Below are positions 10,903-23,220 of a stretch of 64,000 bases of DNA, piece after piece. A program made the translations under genes and the position numbers. Every line of letters starts with the position of its first letter. Position 1 is the stretch's first letter. Source of the DNA: Octopus sinensis (Eukaryota). The notes beneath the pieces were generated by a model. That model worked only from the letters and a program-made list of their open reading frames with translations, was not told where the DNA came from and did not search any database. The DNA is taken from assembly GCF_006345805.1 (NCBI RefSeq), contig NW_021833058.1, forward strand, positions 1 through 64,000, given 5' to 3'.

Positions 10903-12104
10903 CACACACACACACACACGGTAAAACTTCTGTACGAATTATATCATTTCTTGCTGTATGCACGCGAAAAATTACAGCTCAAATCCAATTGAAATTACAT
11001 TTTTCTATTCTGCAACTGAAGTTTGTGATGAGCGTATTTAAAAATCTGATTTTCGACATAAACTTAAAAAGGGCGTTTTACTAGAATTCCTGTCCTTCAC
11101 CTGTTGTTTCTAGTTTGTCCGAGGTGACTCTTGCGCTTCACCTTATTTTTTCCCTACAATTCTTCCGATTCCTATGCTTTCGAACGAGGAGATTCGGATT
11201 TTGCCCAAAAAACACGTTCTCAATACTTAAGAAACAGTAAAATCTCCTTCCCCACTTTCAAAAAGCTACAAATTCTACGCATACGTGAAACATCAAACGA
11301 CATTGAAACATTGTGAGTTTGAAGCTGATTCTGCCCATAAGAAAGGAACAAATAATACAATATGGTTGGCGGTCATAACACCCGGGCAACGCCGGGATGC
11401 ATTGCTAGTGTGTGCGTGCGTTTGTGTGTGTATCTATTTCTATCTATCTAGCTATCTATATGTATATCATTGTCAACGCAGCAACCAGAAGTGAGTAAAC
11501 GACGATGGCCTTAACGATATTAATCTACTGTTGGATTTGATCTCGCTCCATGACTTCTAAAAGAGTCGTGGTTTAATCACGGAGTCTATTTTACGCAACG
11601 AATCTGAAAACATGTTTATTCAACATACGACCACAGCTTTGCAAGTAATTTTAAACTCCTATAAAACGTATTAGTGCTCCAGTTAAAATACACACACAAA
11701 TAATGAGTGTTTTTGAGCGTGTGTTTGCGTGTGCGCATGCGTATGTGTGTGTCTTGTGTGTGTATGTTTGTATATTTATATATAATAGGTAGGAAGAGAG
11801 AAAGAGGTGGGAGAACAATGAATGGCAATAATAGAGATAATTTTGGAAACTACAATCCGTACTTTGAATGTAAGAAGGTTTTTACTGTGGAATTCTTTTG
11901 TTTATAGTTCTTTTTTTATTGTTTACTGAGTACACATTGCCAAAATTGCAATGTCCTCCATCTTTGTTATAAAATCAGCCATATTGAAACTGCTTTTCAC
12001 TTACCTGCTCACAAAAAAGCCGCACAATAAATGCTAAAAATGATGATGATGATGATGATAATGATGATGGTGGTGGTGGTGATGGTGCTGCTCTGATGGT
12101 AATG

Positions 12105-12156
<52 letters not shown>

Positions 12157-12778
12157 CAAGTTTTCTATTGTTTTCAATAATAATAATAATAATAATAACG
12201 TTTCATGTTTATAGACTATTACGGATTGCGTAAACAAAATTTGTTGTTTTTGTTCATTTTTTCTTTTCCCTCCATTCTTTTTTATTCTTTTTTTCTCTTT
12301 CTTTTTGTTTTTGTTTTTTTTTTCAAACTCGCGAAAGACATCAGAATATATCTTTTGTTTAATGCCGCAAATTTGCGGCTATATTTCGCCAATAATGCAA
12401 CAGTGTACGGCATTATTCCATTGAGCGGAAGTAACAATAGCAATTTTTCGAGTTCTTTACAAAACATCGCAGCAGCTTAACAAACATCGCATTCTGTGAG
12501 TGTATCATCCGTGAAATATCGCCCTTGGATTACAGCGATTTCTGTTGTTCTTCAACATGATGTACCGTTATTGTGTAGCAATAGACGCACTTAATACAAA
12601 CACAAAACAAAAAAACGAAAAGAAGACCAAAAAGAAAAAAAGAAACCCAGAAAATGGAAAGCTCAGAAAATATTGTGCAACATCTCTTATGTAACAAAAC
12701 TACAGTAGCTCAGTAGTTAAATCACACGGGAGTTCTTGGTAAGAATCTGAAAAGAATGTATTATTATTATTATTATTA

Positions 12779-12824
<46 letters not shown>

Positions 12825-12825
<1 letters not shown>

Positions 12826-13040
12826 AGCGGCGAGCTGGCAGAATCGTTAGAACGTCGGACAAAATGTTTAGAGGCATTTCGTCAGGCGTTTCGCTCCCAA
12901 GTTCAAAATCTGCCGAGGTCGACTTTACTTTTCATCGCCTTTCGGGGCCGATAAAATAAGTACCTGCTGAGCACTGGGACTGATGTAATCGATTAACCAC
13001 CTCCCCCCAAATTGCTGGCCTTGTGCGAAAATTTGAAACC
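12825..13040 (+). mobile_element. SINE family C, diverged copy
   Basis: gcggcgagctggcagaatcgttag...gaggtcgactttacttttcatc, as in the 32.7-kb array head. Confidence 0.75.
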
Positions 13041-13065
13041 ATTATCATTATTTTTATTATTGTTG

Positions 13066-13106
<41 letters not shown>

Positions 13107-14229
13107 GAATGAGAGACCAGTGCATGCCATCAAAGTGACACTGGGGCAAAATATACGAAGCCCAGTATACCCATCATGACTACCCGTCTGATAAGGGTAC
13201 ACCAAGCACATGCATCACGACCATATGTGCGCGACATGGTGATCTCATATCAAGATAAACGGCACATGACCTTGCAGGTGGGGGTGGGGCAGTTAGAATT
13301 TTCTTCTGGTCGAGTAGCCCATCCCGCTCAAAAGGTCCCTGAATAAGGGTTGTTTAAGGACGTTGAACGAAACACCCATGTTTCCAGAGGTGAATTATTC
13401 AAACCCCAAAGAATCCTTCTCAACACATGGCTATGATGCTCCCCCACTACTTCTGCTCGTGATCAGAGATGCACATATCGTCAGCCACTAAGGGACATGC
13501 TCAACTGGTTAAGGTCAAACAACTGACAAGCAAATCTGTGGTATTGAGCAGAATATTTGCTGTAGCCCATCTTTTATACCAAAACAAAACAATGTACATG
13601 ATAACACTTCCAATCAGTTAAGACCAGAAGTCATGAGAGCCACTGTCTGGTACTGCATCAGGGCATTTATTATTATTATTATTATTGAGAGAGAAGTGTA
13701 TGCCATCAAAGTGACACTGGGGTAAAATATACGAAGCCCAATATACCCATCATGACTACCCGTCTGATACGGGTACACCAGGCACATGCATCACATGCAT
13801 ATGTGCGTAACATGGTGAGCTCATATCAAGATAAACAGCGCATGAACTTGCAGGTGGAGCCCAGAGAGAATTTTCTTCATATAGAATAACCTATCATACT
13901 CAAAAAGTCCCTGAATGAGCGTTGTTTAAGGATGCTGAACGAAGTGCCCATGATTCCAAGGATGAATTATTCAAACTCCAAAGATTTCCTCTCAGCACAT
14001 GGCTATGATGCTCCTCTACTAACCCTGCTCATTATCAGTTATGCACATATTGTCAGCTCAAATGGTGAAGGTCAAGCAAATGACGAGTAAGACTGTGGCA
14101 TTGAGCAGAATATTTATTGTGGCCCATTCTTTTTTTTTTTACATTAAGACAAAACATGTACATGATAACATTTCCAATCAGTTAAGATCAGAAGCCATGA
14201 GAGCCATTTCCGGTATGACATCAGGGCAT
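13107..14229. mobile_element. Two tandem copies (13107-13666, 13687-14229) of a ~560-bp element embedded in (TAT/TAA)n
   Basis: The copies are colinear and bounded by (TAT)n-type repeats. A third inverted copy lies at 31048-31509. Class not determined. Confidence 0.75.
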
Positions 14230-14281
14230 TTACTACTACTACTACTACTACTACTTCCACCACCACCACCCCACCACCACC

Positions 14282-14322
<41 letters not shown>

Positions 14323-14387
14323 CACTACTACTACTACCACCACCACCACCACCACCACCACCACTACTACTAATGCGGCTGCTGCAT

Positions 14388-14425
<38 letters not shown>

Positions 14426-14937
14426 GGTTTCGACCTGAGTACTACGTTTACTTGCCGTGGGTAAATAGTATTGAGCTGTTATTGATTTCGCCCAACTACA
14501 ATGTTATCGATCCTTTTGTTTCGTTACTGAACAACAGCGAGAGCAGGGGTGGGGGTGGGGGTGGGGGTCATTTTACCTCCTTTACTCACTTCTAACGGAG
14601 CGAATATTTTTTGAAGATATTCTGTTCTGAAATTGCCAATATATATATATATATATATATATACACCTCTCTACGAGAGATTTAGAAACTCAATATTTCT
14701 TATTATATATATATATATATATATATATGAACATGATATCCATCGACGTAGAAACTGTGAGCAGATGGTGGTGGTGGTGGTGGTGGTGGTAGTGAGAATG
14801 GTGATACTGGTGAATGCAGTTAAGAAGCGTGAACTTCCACCACCTCAACCTTACACCTATCTGCAGCTTCAACCCTACTGTCGGTGGTGATCAACCAAAA
14901 GAACATTGCAGACATTAGCCACAAAGCCACAACAGCA

Positions 14938-15306
14938 GTGGAGGCGCAATGGCCCAGTGGTTAGGGCAGCGGATTCGCGGTCGGAAGATCGCGGTTCCGA
15001 TTTCCCAGACCGGGCGTTGTGTGTGTTCATTGAGCGAAAACACCTAAAGCTCCACGAGGCTCCGGCAGTGGGTGGTGGCGACCCCTGTTGTACTCTTTCG
15101 CTCCAACTTTCTCTCACTCTTTCTTCCTGTTTCTTGTCCCCGACTTCCTACGCAACCGCTGAGCCTGGATGCGCATTCATCCATCCGTCGATGCTCTCGG
15201 TGTCGGGGGTTGACCTGCTTTCTCTTCTGCGGGTCTTACGAATAGCAAAGGACCACGTTTTGGACTTCTCCCATCTTGCGAGCTCTGGGACGAAGATCGT
15301 TCGCTC
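14938..15306 (+). mobile_element. tRNA-derived SINE family A (tail type 2)
   Basis: Same head as 388, unrelated 3' half, flanked by caacagca repeats. Confidence 0.8.
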
Positions 15307-15747
15307 AACAGCAACAGCAACAGCATCAACAGCAACAACGATCCACACAATACCGACAACAATAGCATCAATAACAACATAATATGTACAGCAACAAGAG
15401 TGATCCCACCACTACCATCACCATCACCACCACCAACAACAACAACGATACACAATAATAAAAACAACAATAACAAGTGCATTGGTTAGATTCAGATTTT
15501 CGATAACTCAAAGTAGAAGATGCTAGAAAAAGTACTCTTCACGACAAATGGTAGGAGGTACTGGTTCTTGTGAGAACTGGTGGAAGGGAGGTGGGTATAA
15601 GTTTGGTAATGAGAGGAGAAAAGGTGAATGAATCGCGGGTAAGTGAGGAGAGATGGCATGAAACCAAACAGTGCAAGAAATTAGAAACCATTACAGTTGC
15701 AGTAGAGATGGCAGTGAGAAAGAGAGAGAGAGAGAGAGAGAGGAAAG

Positions 15748-15797
<50 letters not shown>

Positions 15798-15821
15798 GGG
15801 GCATAACACCCAGTCACTCAC

Positions 15822-15927
15822 CTCGAATGTGAACGAGAACGGGTGTACGCTTATATACTTGTGCATAGCCAATAAAAGCCAGGAGCTGAAGAAACATACA
15901 CAAGGCTCCCAGCAGAAGGAAATACAT
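15822..15927 (-). CDS. Candidate signal-peptide exon of a host gene (MYFLLLGALCMFLQLLAFIGYAQVYKRTPVLVHIR)
   Basis: Hydrophobic N-terminus with a GYA-Q cleavage-like site, ending at a consensus donor GAG|GTGAGT in phase 1. Non-repetitive context. Confidence 0.4.
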
Positions 15928-16280
15928 AAAAAAATATCTGTGGAGATGTCAGCTTTTACTTGCAGATTGAGGATGTAAGTTGCCCCTATCGCTTCTTATT
16001 TGACCCAACGAGTTGTGAAGGTGATGGAGAGAGGCGCAAGACTCCAGGAATATTTCCTGTCTTGGATCAAATCTGTGGTATCGGGCATCACGAAATTGAG
16101 GAGGTGTCATTATCGGGTGTAAGGATTGGGTGTAGCAGTTAGTGTGGATCCTGTGGTAGGTAGTGATGGTAATGGTGTTGAACACATTGGTAATGCGGTG
16201 AAAGCAGGTGAGTGAGTTGGAGACATCTGCCTGGAAGTGGCCTAAGTCAAGCCAATTCAGAGGAGCAGAGGCCATTAGAG

Positions 16281-16314
<34 letters not shown>

Positions 16315-16745
16315 GAGAGAGAGAGAGAATGAGTGAGAGAGAGAGAGAGTAAGAGAGAGAGGAGACCACGTTTGTGAGCCAAATGCTGGAGTGTGTCTGT
16401 AAGTAGCTTCATACTATTCAGTCGAATAACCTTTCTCCAGATGCCGTCAAGAGCGCTTGTGGGATAAGAGCAGGTATGACAACAGTGCTCTGTTGCAGGA
16501 CTCACGTTCGTTGAAAGTCCGCAATTGCTGGAGGTGAATGTTTTTCTGACCCTGAAAAGAAGAGTCAAACTCTTGAGACGCGTTTTTTTTCTTTGTTTTC
16601 GGTATTTTTCAATTGTCGCTGATTTTTATTGGTTAATATGTCGGTGAGTACAATAAATTATTTACTCTAATTTCATGCTGTGCAACTTTTTTTAAATTTT
16701 ATTCCTGTTAGCTTTGTAAAATAGCTAATAGAACGAATACATTAC

Positions 16746-16837
16746 CAAACTGGCAGAAAATATCCTGAGATAATCTGTATGCAGACAGACAGCAGCAGGA
16801 GGAAGGACAAGGCGGGAACGACGACCACAGACCACAT
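16746..16837 (-). CDS. Candidate signal-peptide exon (MWSVVVVPALSFLLLLSVCIQIISGYFLPV)
   Basis: Acceptor ttttgacag before 16860, start context aacgccATG, donor TG|GTAATG. Splicing to the acceptor tcttttcag at 16552 stays in the open frame of ORF 16275-16568. Confidence 0.4.
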
Positions 16838-17236
16838 GGCGTTGAATGGTTCAAGACGACCTGTCAAAAGGTAGAACAACGCAACTGCCTTGAGGCGTAA
16901 TGGGGTGAACCGGTGCTTGATGCTGGGATGTGGCAAGTAATAACGCCCTGCTTCTAAGTGTTTCTTCAACATTGCCATGCGCGCGCACACACACATATTT
17001 TGCGTTTCTTACAACTGAAAAGAAAATTTGATTCTGTGAACTGATTACTTCGATAACGAAGCAAAACGAAACATCAGGCCTTAAGTCAATAACAATATAT
17101 ATTTGCAGTTCTAATAAATATATCCTACAATGATATAATCTGCTACTGAACTATGTGTTAAGCTTGTATATACATGCGCGCGTATCTGCACGTGTACACA
17201 CACACGTATGTTATATATATATCATATATACATATA

Positions 17237-17290
<54 letters not shown>

Positions 17291-17315
17291 ATATTATATA
17301 TAGATATATATATGA

Positions 17316-17360
<45 letters not shown>

Positions 17361-17405
17361 TAATATATATATATAATTATATATTATATAATATATAGAT
17401 AATAG

Positions 17406-17478
<73 letters not shown>

Positions 17479-18166
17479 GTGTGTGTGTGTGTCTGTGTAT
17501 TATATTAATATAATATGTACTACATATATTATATATATATATATATCCTTTTATTCTTTTACTTGTTTCAGTGATTTGACTGCGGCCATGCTGGAGTACC
17601 GTCTTAGTATTTATATAATTAAATGCAGGTGCTTGCGCTGTTACGTAAGAGAATAGTTTTTGCGATGGGTAAATATGCATACGTACATACATACAATACG
17701 CATACATATACATGCTTATATATGTATAAATACACACACATGCACACGCACGCACGCACGCACGCACGCACACATATATATTTATAGATGTCAGTTCTAT
17801 AAGTTTGAGCATGTTTTTTGTGTTTGTGTATAGTCTATGGCAGTGTGTATTGTATGCTTGATAAATATGTATGTTCCTGGAGAGTATAAGAAATAAACGG
17901 TTGCATGTATGTATAATTGGATGCAGCTGTCTCCAATAATTCCACTTCAAACTCTTCTTATCTCGACAAACAACAAAACTGGAATTCATTTGCCATTCTT
18001 TTGAATATTGGATGAAATTAAATAATTGACAAATTGAAAAATGCTGCCTGTGCAAAGACACACGCGCGCATGCACAGATACACTCACACACACACAAACA
18101 CACACACACACACACACCACACACATATGTATCTATAGAGTGTTTGAAGTAGCGTACAGATTTTGT

Positions 18167-18896
18167 ATATTGAGAAAAAGGAAGAAGTCAGAATTTTAGA
18201 TAATTCTTTATTAGCGCTTTCGTTCGTTTAACCGAACTCTTCAAGACAAAAATTAAAACCAAATTGATAAAATCACTTCTAAGCAAGAAAACTTAATTCT
18301 ATAAAATGATGAAAAATACTCAAAAATATATTGTCCCGCTTTGTTATAGAATTTATATCTTACAGTTAAATATACATTATACATTTTGTTACACAACTCA
18401 TTCATGATGTTTAATTAAATGTACATAGGATATAGATTCATTTATAAATAGTACCGTACACCAATTATTCTTTATATTCTGACTTTATTTTCCTAATTTA
18501 TCAATTTGTACTAATGTTTAGTGTTTGTGTAAAATCTGGCACTACACAGAATAAGGGATTTGGCTCAACAGGTGTGAACGAATGTACATTTTCATTGGAC
18601 TTTGAACTCTTTTTATTTGCATACTTTATAGTGGTGACTGAACCCACTTAAGAATAAGAAAAAAAATCTTTTTGTTCTTCCTCTCTTTTCTGATATTTCA
18701 CATCCTACTTCGTAAAATTGACATCTCGGAAGGTCATTTAGCCATTACTTCCTATAATGAGAAAATATGTATATTTAAAATATTTAAGATATTTTGATAG
18801 GTATACAATGAGAAGGAAAAGAGGGGGAAGAAAAAAAGAAAAAAATGCTTTGTAATGAAATTTCAATGGGTTGACCACATCAAATTGAAAAGAGAC

Positions 18897-18927
<31 letters not shown>

Positions 18928-19325
18928 GTGCCTATCTTCCACTTCCTTTGTTTTTCTTCCTCTTTCTCGATTGTCCTGTTCCCTATTTTTCTTCTTCCTC
19001 TTTTTTCTCCAAAAAAACAAAATTTTCTCCCCTTTTAAACAAACAATATAATCGAAAAGAAACCTTTCTCTGTCAATTTTTTCACTCCCTGTTTGCTTTT
19101 CTTTCTCGATTGTCCTGATCCCTATCTTTCTCTCTTTCTCTTTATCTAAAAAGAAATTCTCCTCTTCAAAACAAAACAAAAAACATCCGATTCATATAAA
19201 AAACGAGAAAACGTTATATTTTTATGAATTTCGTTTTAATTTTTGTCATGAAGAGTTCGATTAAATGTACGAAAGCGCTAATAGAAATTATCCAAAATTC
19301 TGACTGCTCCATTTTCTCAATATAT
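18167..19325. repeat. Diverged inverted pair (18167-18270 / 19225-19325), each arm with a degenerate HHR
   Basis: Minus 18207-18250: TTGAAGA-gttcg/cgaac-GAA-AGCGCT-A. Plus 19242-19285: ATGAAGA...GAAAGCGCTA. Confidence 0.55.
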
Positions 19326-19399
19326 ATATATATATGTATATATATACGTTTAAATATTTGTTGTGCAAGATTTTTTATGTGAAGTCGTGTGTTGAAACA

Positions 19400-20036
19400 G
19401 ATATTGTTATATTTCGGAATGGTCATTTTGCCAGTTTAGCCAATAAAAACACACGCACTATATATTTGGTGCTATTTTGCTTCATTGTTATTTATTTTTT
19501 ACATTAATCTTAATCTTATTTCGGCCAGAGTTCTTTCGTCACACTCCTGTGACCGCATTTTTTTTATTTATATATATATATTTTTTCGATTCGATTTATT
19601 ATTATTATTACTAGTATTGTTGTTATACATACAAGCATATGTAATGATAATAATAAGCGGATGTAAACCCATGAACAAAATAAGAATAAAAAAATACAAA
19701 TCACATGAACATATATAAACAGAAGATACAAATATTACAGGCATCCCCCCACAAACACACACTAAATAAACATAGACGCACATAGAGATATAAGCATGCG
19801 CAAATGAAGACATACAATAGAAATACAAAATGGCTGACGGTTAGTAAGGAGAGACACAAATAAGAAAGAAGAAACAAAGGACCACTGATGCGGTCATAGG
19901 AGTGTGACGAAAGAACTCTGGCCGAAATAAGATTAAGAATAATGTAAAAAATAAATAACAATGAAGCAAAATAACACCAAATATATAGTGCGTGTGTTTT
20001 GTATTGGCTAAACTGGCAAAATAACCATTCCGAAAT

Positions 20037-20045
<9 letters not shown>
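19400..20045. repeat. Inverted pair (19400-19558 / 19888-20045), PLE-like
   Basis: Arms are near reverse complements (mirrored ORF translations at 19485+ and 19701-). Abuts (TA)n. Confidence 0.8.
19879..19923 (+). ncRNA. Minimal hammerhead-like motif (A9C variant)
   Basis: cca-CTGATGC-g-gtca(t/c)-aggagt-gtgac-GAA-AGAACT-C-tgg. Confidence 0.45.
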
Positions 20046-20096
<51 letters not shown>

Positions 20097-20369
20097 ATAT
20101 ATATTGAAGAGCAGAAGCGTGACTGACACGTGACCCGCGGTCTACTGCCTTTCTGACTACTACTTCCAACAAGTGTAGACGGTTTTCTCTGTCCCTCTCA
20201 AGCCATTTTCAAAGCGTTCAAAATAATGTTTCTTTCGTTCAGGCTTAACAACCCTTAATGTTTGTGTTACTGTTATTCTCCTTGTCCTGTCTTTTATTGT
20301 TTTTATTTGTATTGTCTTTACTGTCCTTTTTTTGTTACCACTTTTACCGCTCCGCAAAAAATCTCAAAT

Positions 20370-20675
20370 TTTATTTAATTTGCTTTGCGGAAAGGACTAT
20401 TTCCACGAAGTCGTGTCTCGCCCTTACCTTTGAAACACGGAGTAGACGAAACAGAGGCGGCTGAAGAAGGGGAATTTTCCTTGTATTGTATGTCTTGTAC
20501 TCTGTTTTATCGTTGTTTAAAAAAAATGTCCGTTTCCTTGGTTTTGTTTTTGTTTTCGTTTCTCATTGTGTTCGACGTTTTTTTGGTGTCCTGTACCCAT
20601 ATATGCATGTATATATATACATGTAGAGGTAGGTACGTACATATATGTATGTATATATGCATATGTTTTATTTAT
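20370..20675 (+). repeat. Dispersed repeat, also at 52375-52690 (-) and 53215-53310 (-)
   Basis: Shared ggtgtcctgtac...catgtagaggtaggtacgtacatatatg, ending in (TA)n. Confidence 0.7.
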
Positions 20676-20686
20676 TATTTTGTTAT

Positions 20687-20747
<61 letters not shown>

Positions 20748-20840
20748 ATATATATATATGTATGTGTGTGTATATGTTTGTGTGTCTGTATTTGTCCCCC
20801 AACATCGCTTGACAACCGATGCTGGTGTGCTTACATCCCC

Positions 20841-22068
20841 CTAAATCGTCTTGTCCTTTTTGTTGAACCTTTGCTCCGAAAGAACCAAAATGGATTCAGA
20901 CATGGGCGCTCAACGCTGAGCCAGATACTATGCCTACACAGACTTATTGAAGAATCAAAAGCATTTAATCGCGATCTTCCAATGGTATTTGTAGACTTTT
21001 CTAAAGCGTTCGATTCTGTAGATAGGTACAATATGTTTGAAATCCTTAAGCTCTATGGGATACCAGACAAAATCATTTCTGCCATCAAGGTCCTCTACAC
21101 AGATACGTCTTCAACCATCTTAACCCCTGACGAGAGAAATCATCTTTCTCAATCAAAGCCGGAATACTGCAGGGAGACACACTCGCCCCATTTCTTTTCA
21201 TCATTGTTGTTGATTATGTGATACGTATGTCAGTTGATACCATCTCTGGCAAGGGCTTTGAAATAAAACCAAGAAGAAGTTCCAGACACCCAGCTGAGTA
21301 CTTGACAGACACTGACTTTGCTGACGAATCGCTTTATCAGTGATTCTCTCTCCAATGCCCAGTCTCTTTTACAATCTCTTGAACAAGCCTCAAATTGTGT
21401 AGGTCTTTACCTCAATGAGGCCAAGACTGAATACATAAACAAGTGCCTGTCCAACAGTGATTGCATCATCCATACTCTCAACAAGTGCCCTTAAATATGG
21501 TTTCTGATTATAAATATCTGGGTCATACATATCATCATCTGGAAAAGATTTGTAACTAGAAAGGTATGGCCTGGTCAGCTGTAATGACATGCATAAGATC
21601 TGGTCATCAAATCTAAGTAGAGACTTCAAACTTGAAATCTTCAAAGCCACAGTCGAACCAATTCTACTATATGGCTCAGAAACCTGGACGTTATCAAAGA
21701 AGCTTGAGAGGCGGTTGGATGGAACCTACACTCGCCTCCTTATGTGAGCTCAAAATCTCTCGTGGAAGCGCCATCCAACCAAAATGCAAATATATGGGAA
21801 ACTACCACCTGTGTCATCTCTTGTGAAAGGTAGGAGAGTCCAGTTAGCTGAACATTGTTGTAGAGCTGAAAAAGAAGTAATTTCTACTCTTCTCCCCTGG
21901 AAGCCATCTACTCGCAATACCAGAGGGCGCACACTCTCCTACCCTGATGTAATCTCCAGGGATACAGGCATCCAGCAACAGGACCTCCGTAATGCTATGA
22001 TGAACCGTGAAGTCTGGCGTAGCATGGTAAATTCCATTGTCTCGACCACGGTCGAACAATGATGATGA
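20841..22068 (+). pseudogene. 5'-truncated RTE-like non-LTR retrotransposon (RT region) inserted in a family B SINE
   Basis: QNGFRHGRST, FVDFSKAFDSV, GILQGDTLAPFLF and DFAD motifs across frameshifts; (TGA)n tail; TSD tacatcccc (20832-20840) / tacgtcccc (22069-22077). SINE halves flank both sides. Confidence 0.9.
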
Positions 22069-22282
22069 TACGTCCCCGTCACCTTGCGGTTCGGCAAAAG
22101 AGACTGATAGAATAAGTATTAGACTTACAAAGAATAAGTCCTGGTGTCGATTTGCTCGACTATAGGCGGTGCTCCAGCATGGCCGCAGTCAAATGACTGA
22201 AACAAGTAAAAGAGTAGTTAATTCCTCAGTGAGATCATCCACTCCCTAACACAGAAGTAAATATACATATGTAAGGAGCCTT

Positions 22283-22500
22283 AAGGCGGCGTGCTGGCGA
22301 AATCGTTATCACACTGGGAAAATGTTTAGCGACATTTCGCCCGTCTTTATGTTCTGAGTTCAAATTCCGCCCAGGTCGACTTGTCTTTCGTCCTTTCGTT
22401 GTCGATGAAATAAATACAAGTCGAACACAGGGGTCGAAGTAATCGACTTCCCCTACTCCCCCGAAATTGCCGGCCTTGTGTCAAAATTTGAAATCAATAT
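22283..22500 (+). mobile_element. SINE family C, diverged copy
   Basis: aaggcggcgtgctggcgaaatcgtt...tgagttcaaattccgcc. Confidence 0.75.
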
Positions 22501-22636
22501 AATATTTAACGAGCCTTAAAACTGTAATCAAGGCATACACGCACACGCACACACACACATACACGCACACGCACATACACACATACACATACACGCACAC
22601 GCACACACACACACATACACGCACACACACACACAT

Positions 22637-22678
<42 letters not shown>

Positions 22679-23172
22679 CCCCAGAAAAATGAACCGATCA
22701 GAAAGGATTGAAGTTAGGGTGGAAATTGCTACGGTTTAGCCCCGGATCAACCTTGATTGAGCTGACATGTGATCCCAGACTTTCCACCATGACCACCCGC
22801 CTCTTTGTATTCTGTGTTCTAACATAATAGAGTCTGATTCTAGGGAGATTTGGCTACTATTTCTAGTGGGTCGTGCAGTCTGAAAGGATGGTGATGGTGA
22901 TGATGGGGGGAAGGGGAAGGAGAGAGGTTTGGACATCCTCCTCCCTTTCACACCCTCGCACTGTACCATCTCCTCCTCCCCTGTTGTAACCTCGCATAGG
23001 AAGAAATGTTTGATAAACTGAGTTGGTATTTAAACAAGGTCACCAATGGTAAATTCACTGGTTGATGCTGTTGCTGTTGTTATTGTTCGGTGGTGGGAAG
23101 CAACGTAAGAGCGGAAGAAGAGAGAGGGGGAGAGAAAAGGAGAGAGGAAGAGAGGGAAGATAGCAGGTTGTT

Positions 23173-23220
<48 letters not shown>

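Larger units (their letters stand above)
6306..11408 (+). mobile_element. Non-autonomous Helitron-like element interrupted by the Gypsy insertion
   Basis: 3' hairpin CCCGG-GCAACG-CCGGG (11381-11396) then CTAG|T (11405-11409). Putative 5' A|TC at 6305-6307 is less certain. Confidence 0.6.

Noticed and set aside
6983-10963. Minus-strand and alternate-frame ORFs over the Gypsy element
   Set aside because: Shadows of GC-rich gag/pol and LTR sequence.
12005-12033. 29-nt micro-exon on the minus strand (tttttag ... CAG|GTAAGT), phase-compatible with the 15822 donor
   Set aside because: Too short to support without transcript data; such sites arise by chance.
17041-17080. ctgatta...cgaaacatc hammerhead-like string
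   Set aside because: The core lacks G8 and the stems do not close.
20424-20472. Type II hammerhead (GAAA...GTA...CTGAAGA), also at about 52577-52620 (-)
   Set aside because: Stem I does not pair in either copy, and stem II overlaps the core.
20385-21221. 278-aa ORF as a host gene
   Set aside because: A chance fusion of a repeat, (TA)n, a SINE and the LINE RT fragment.
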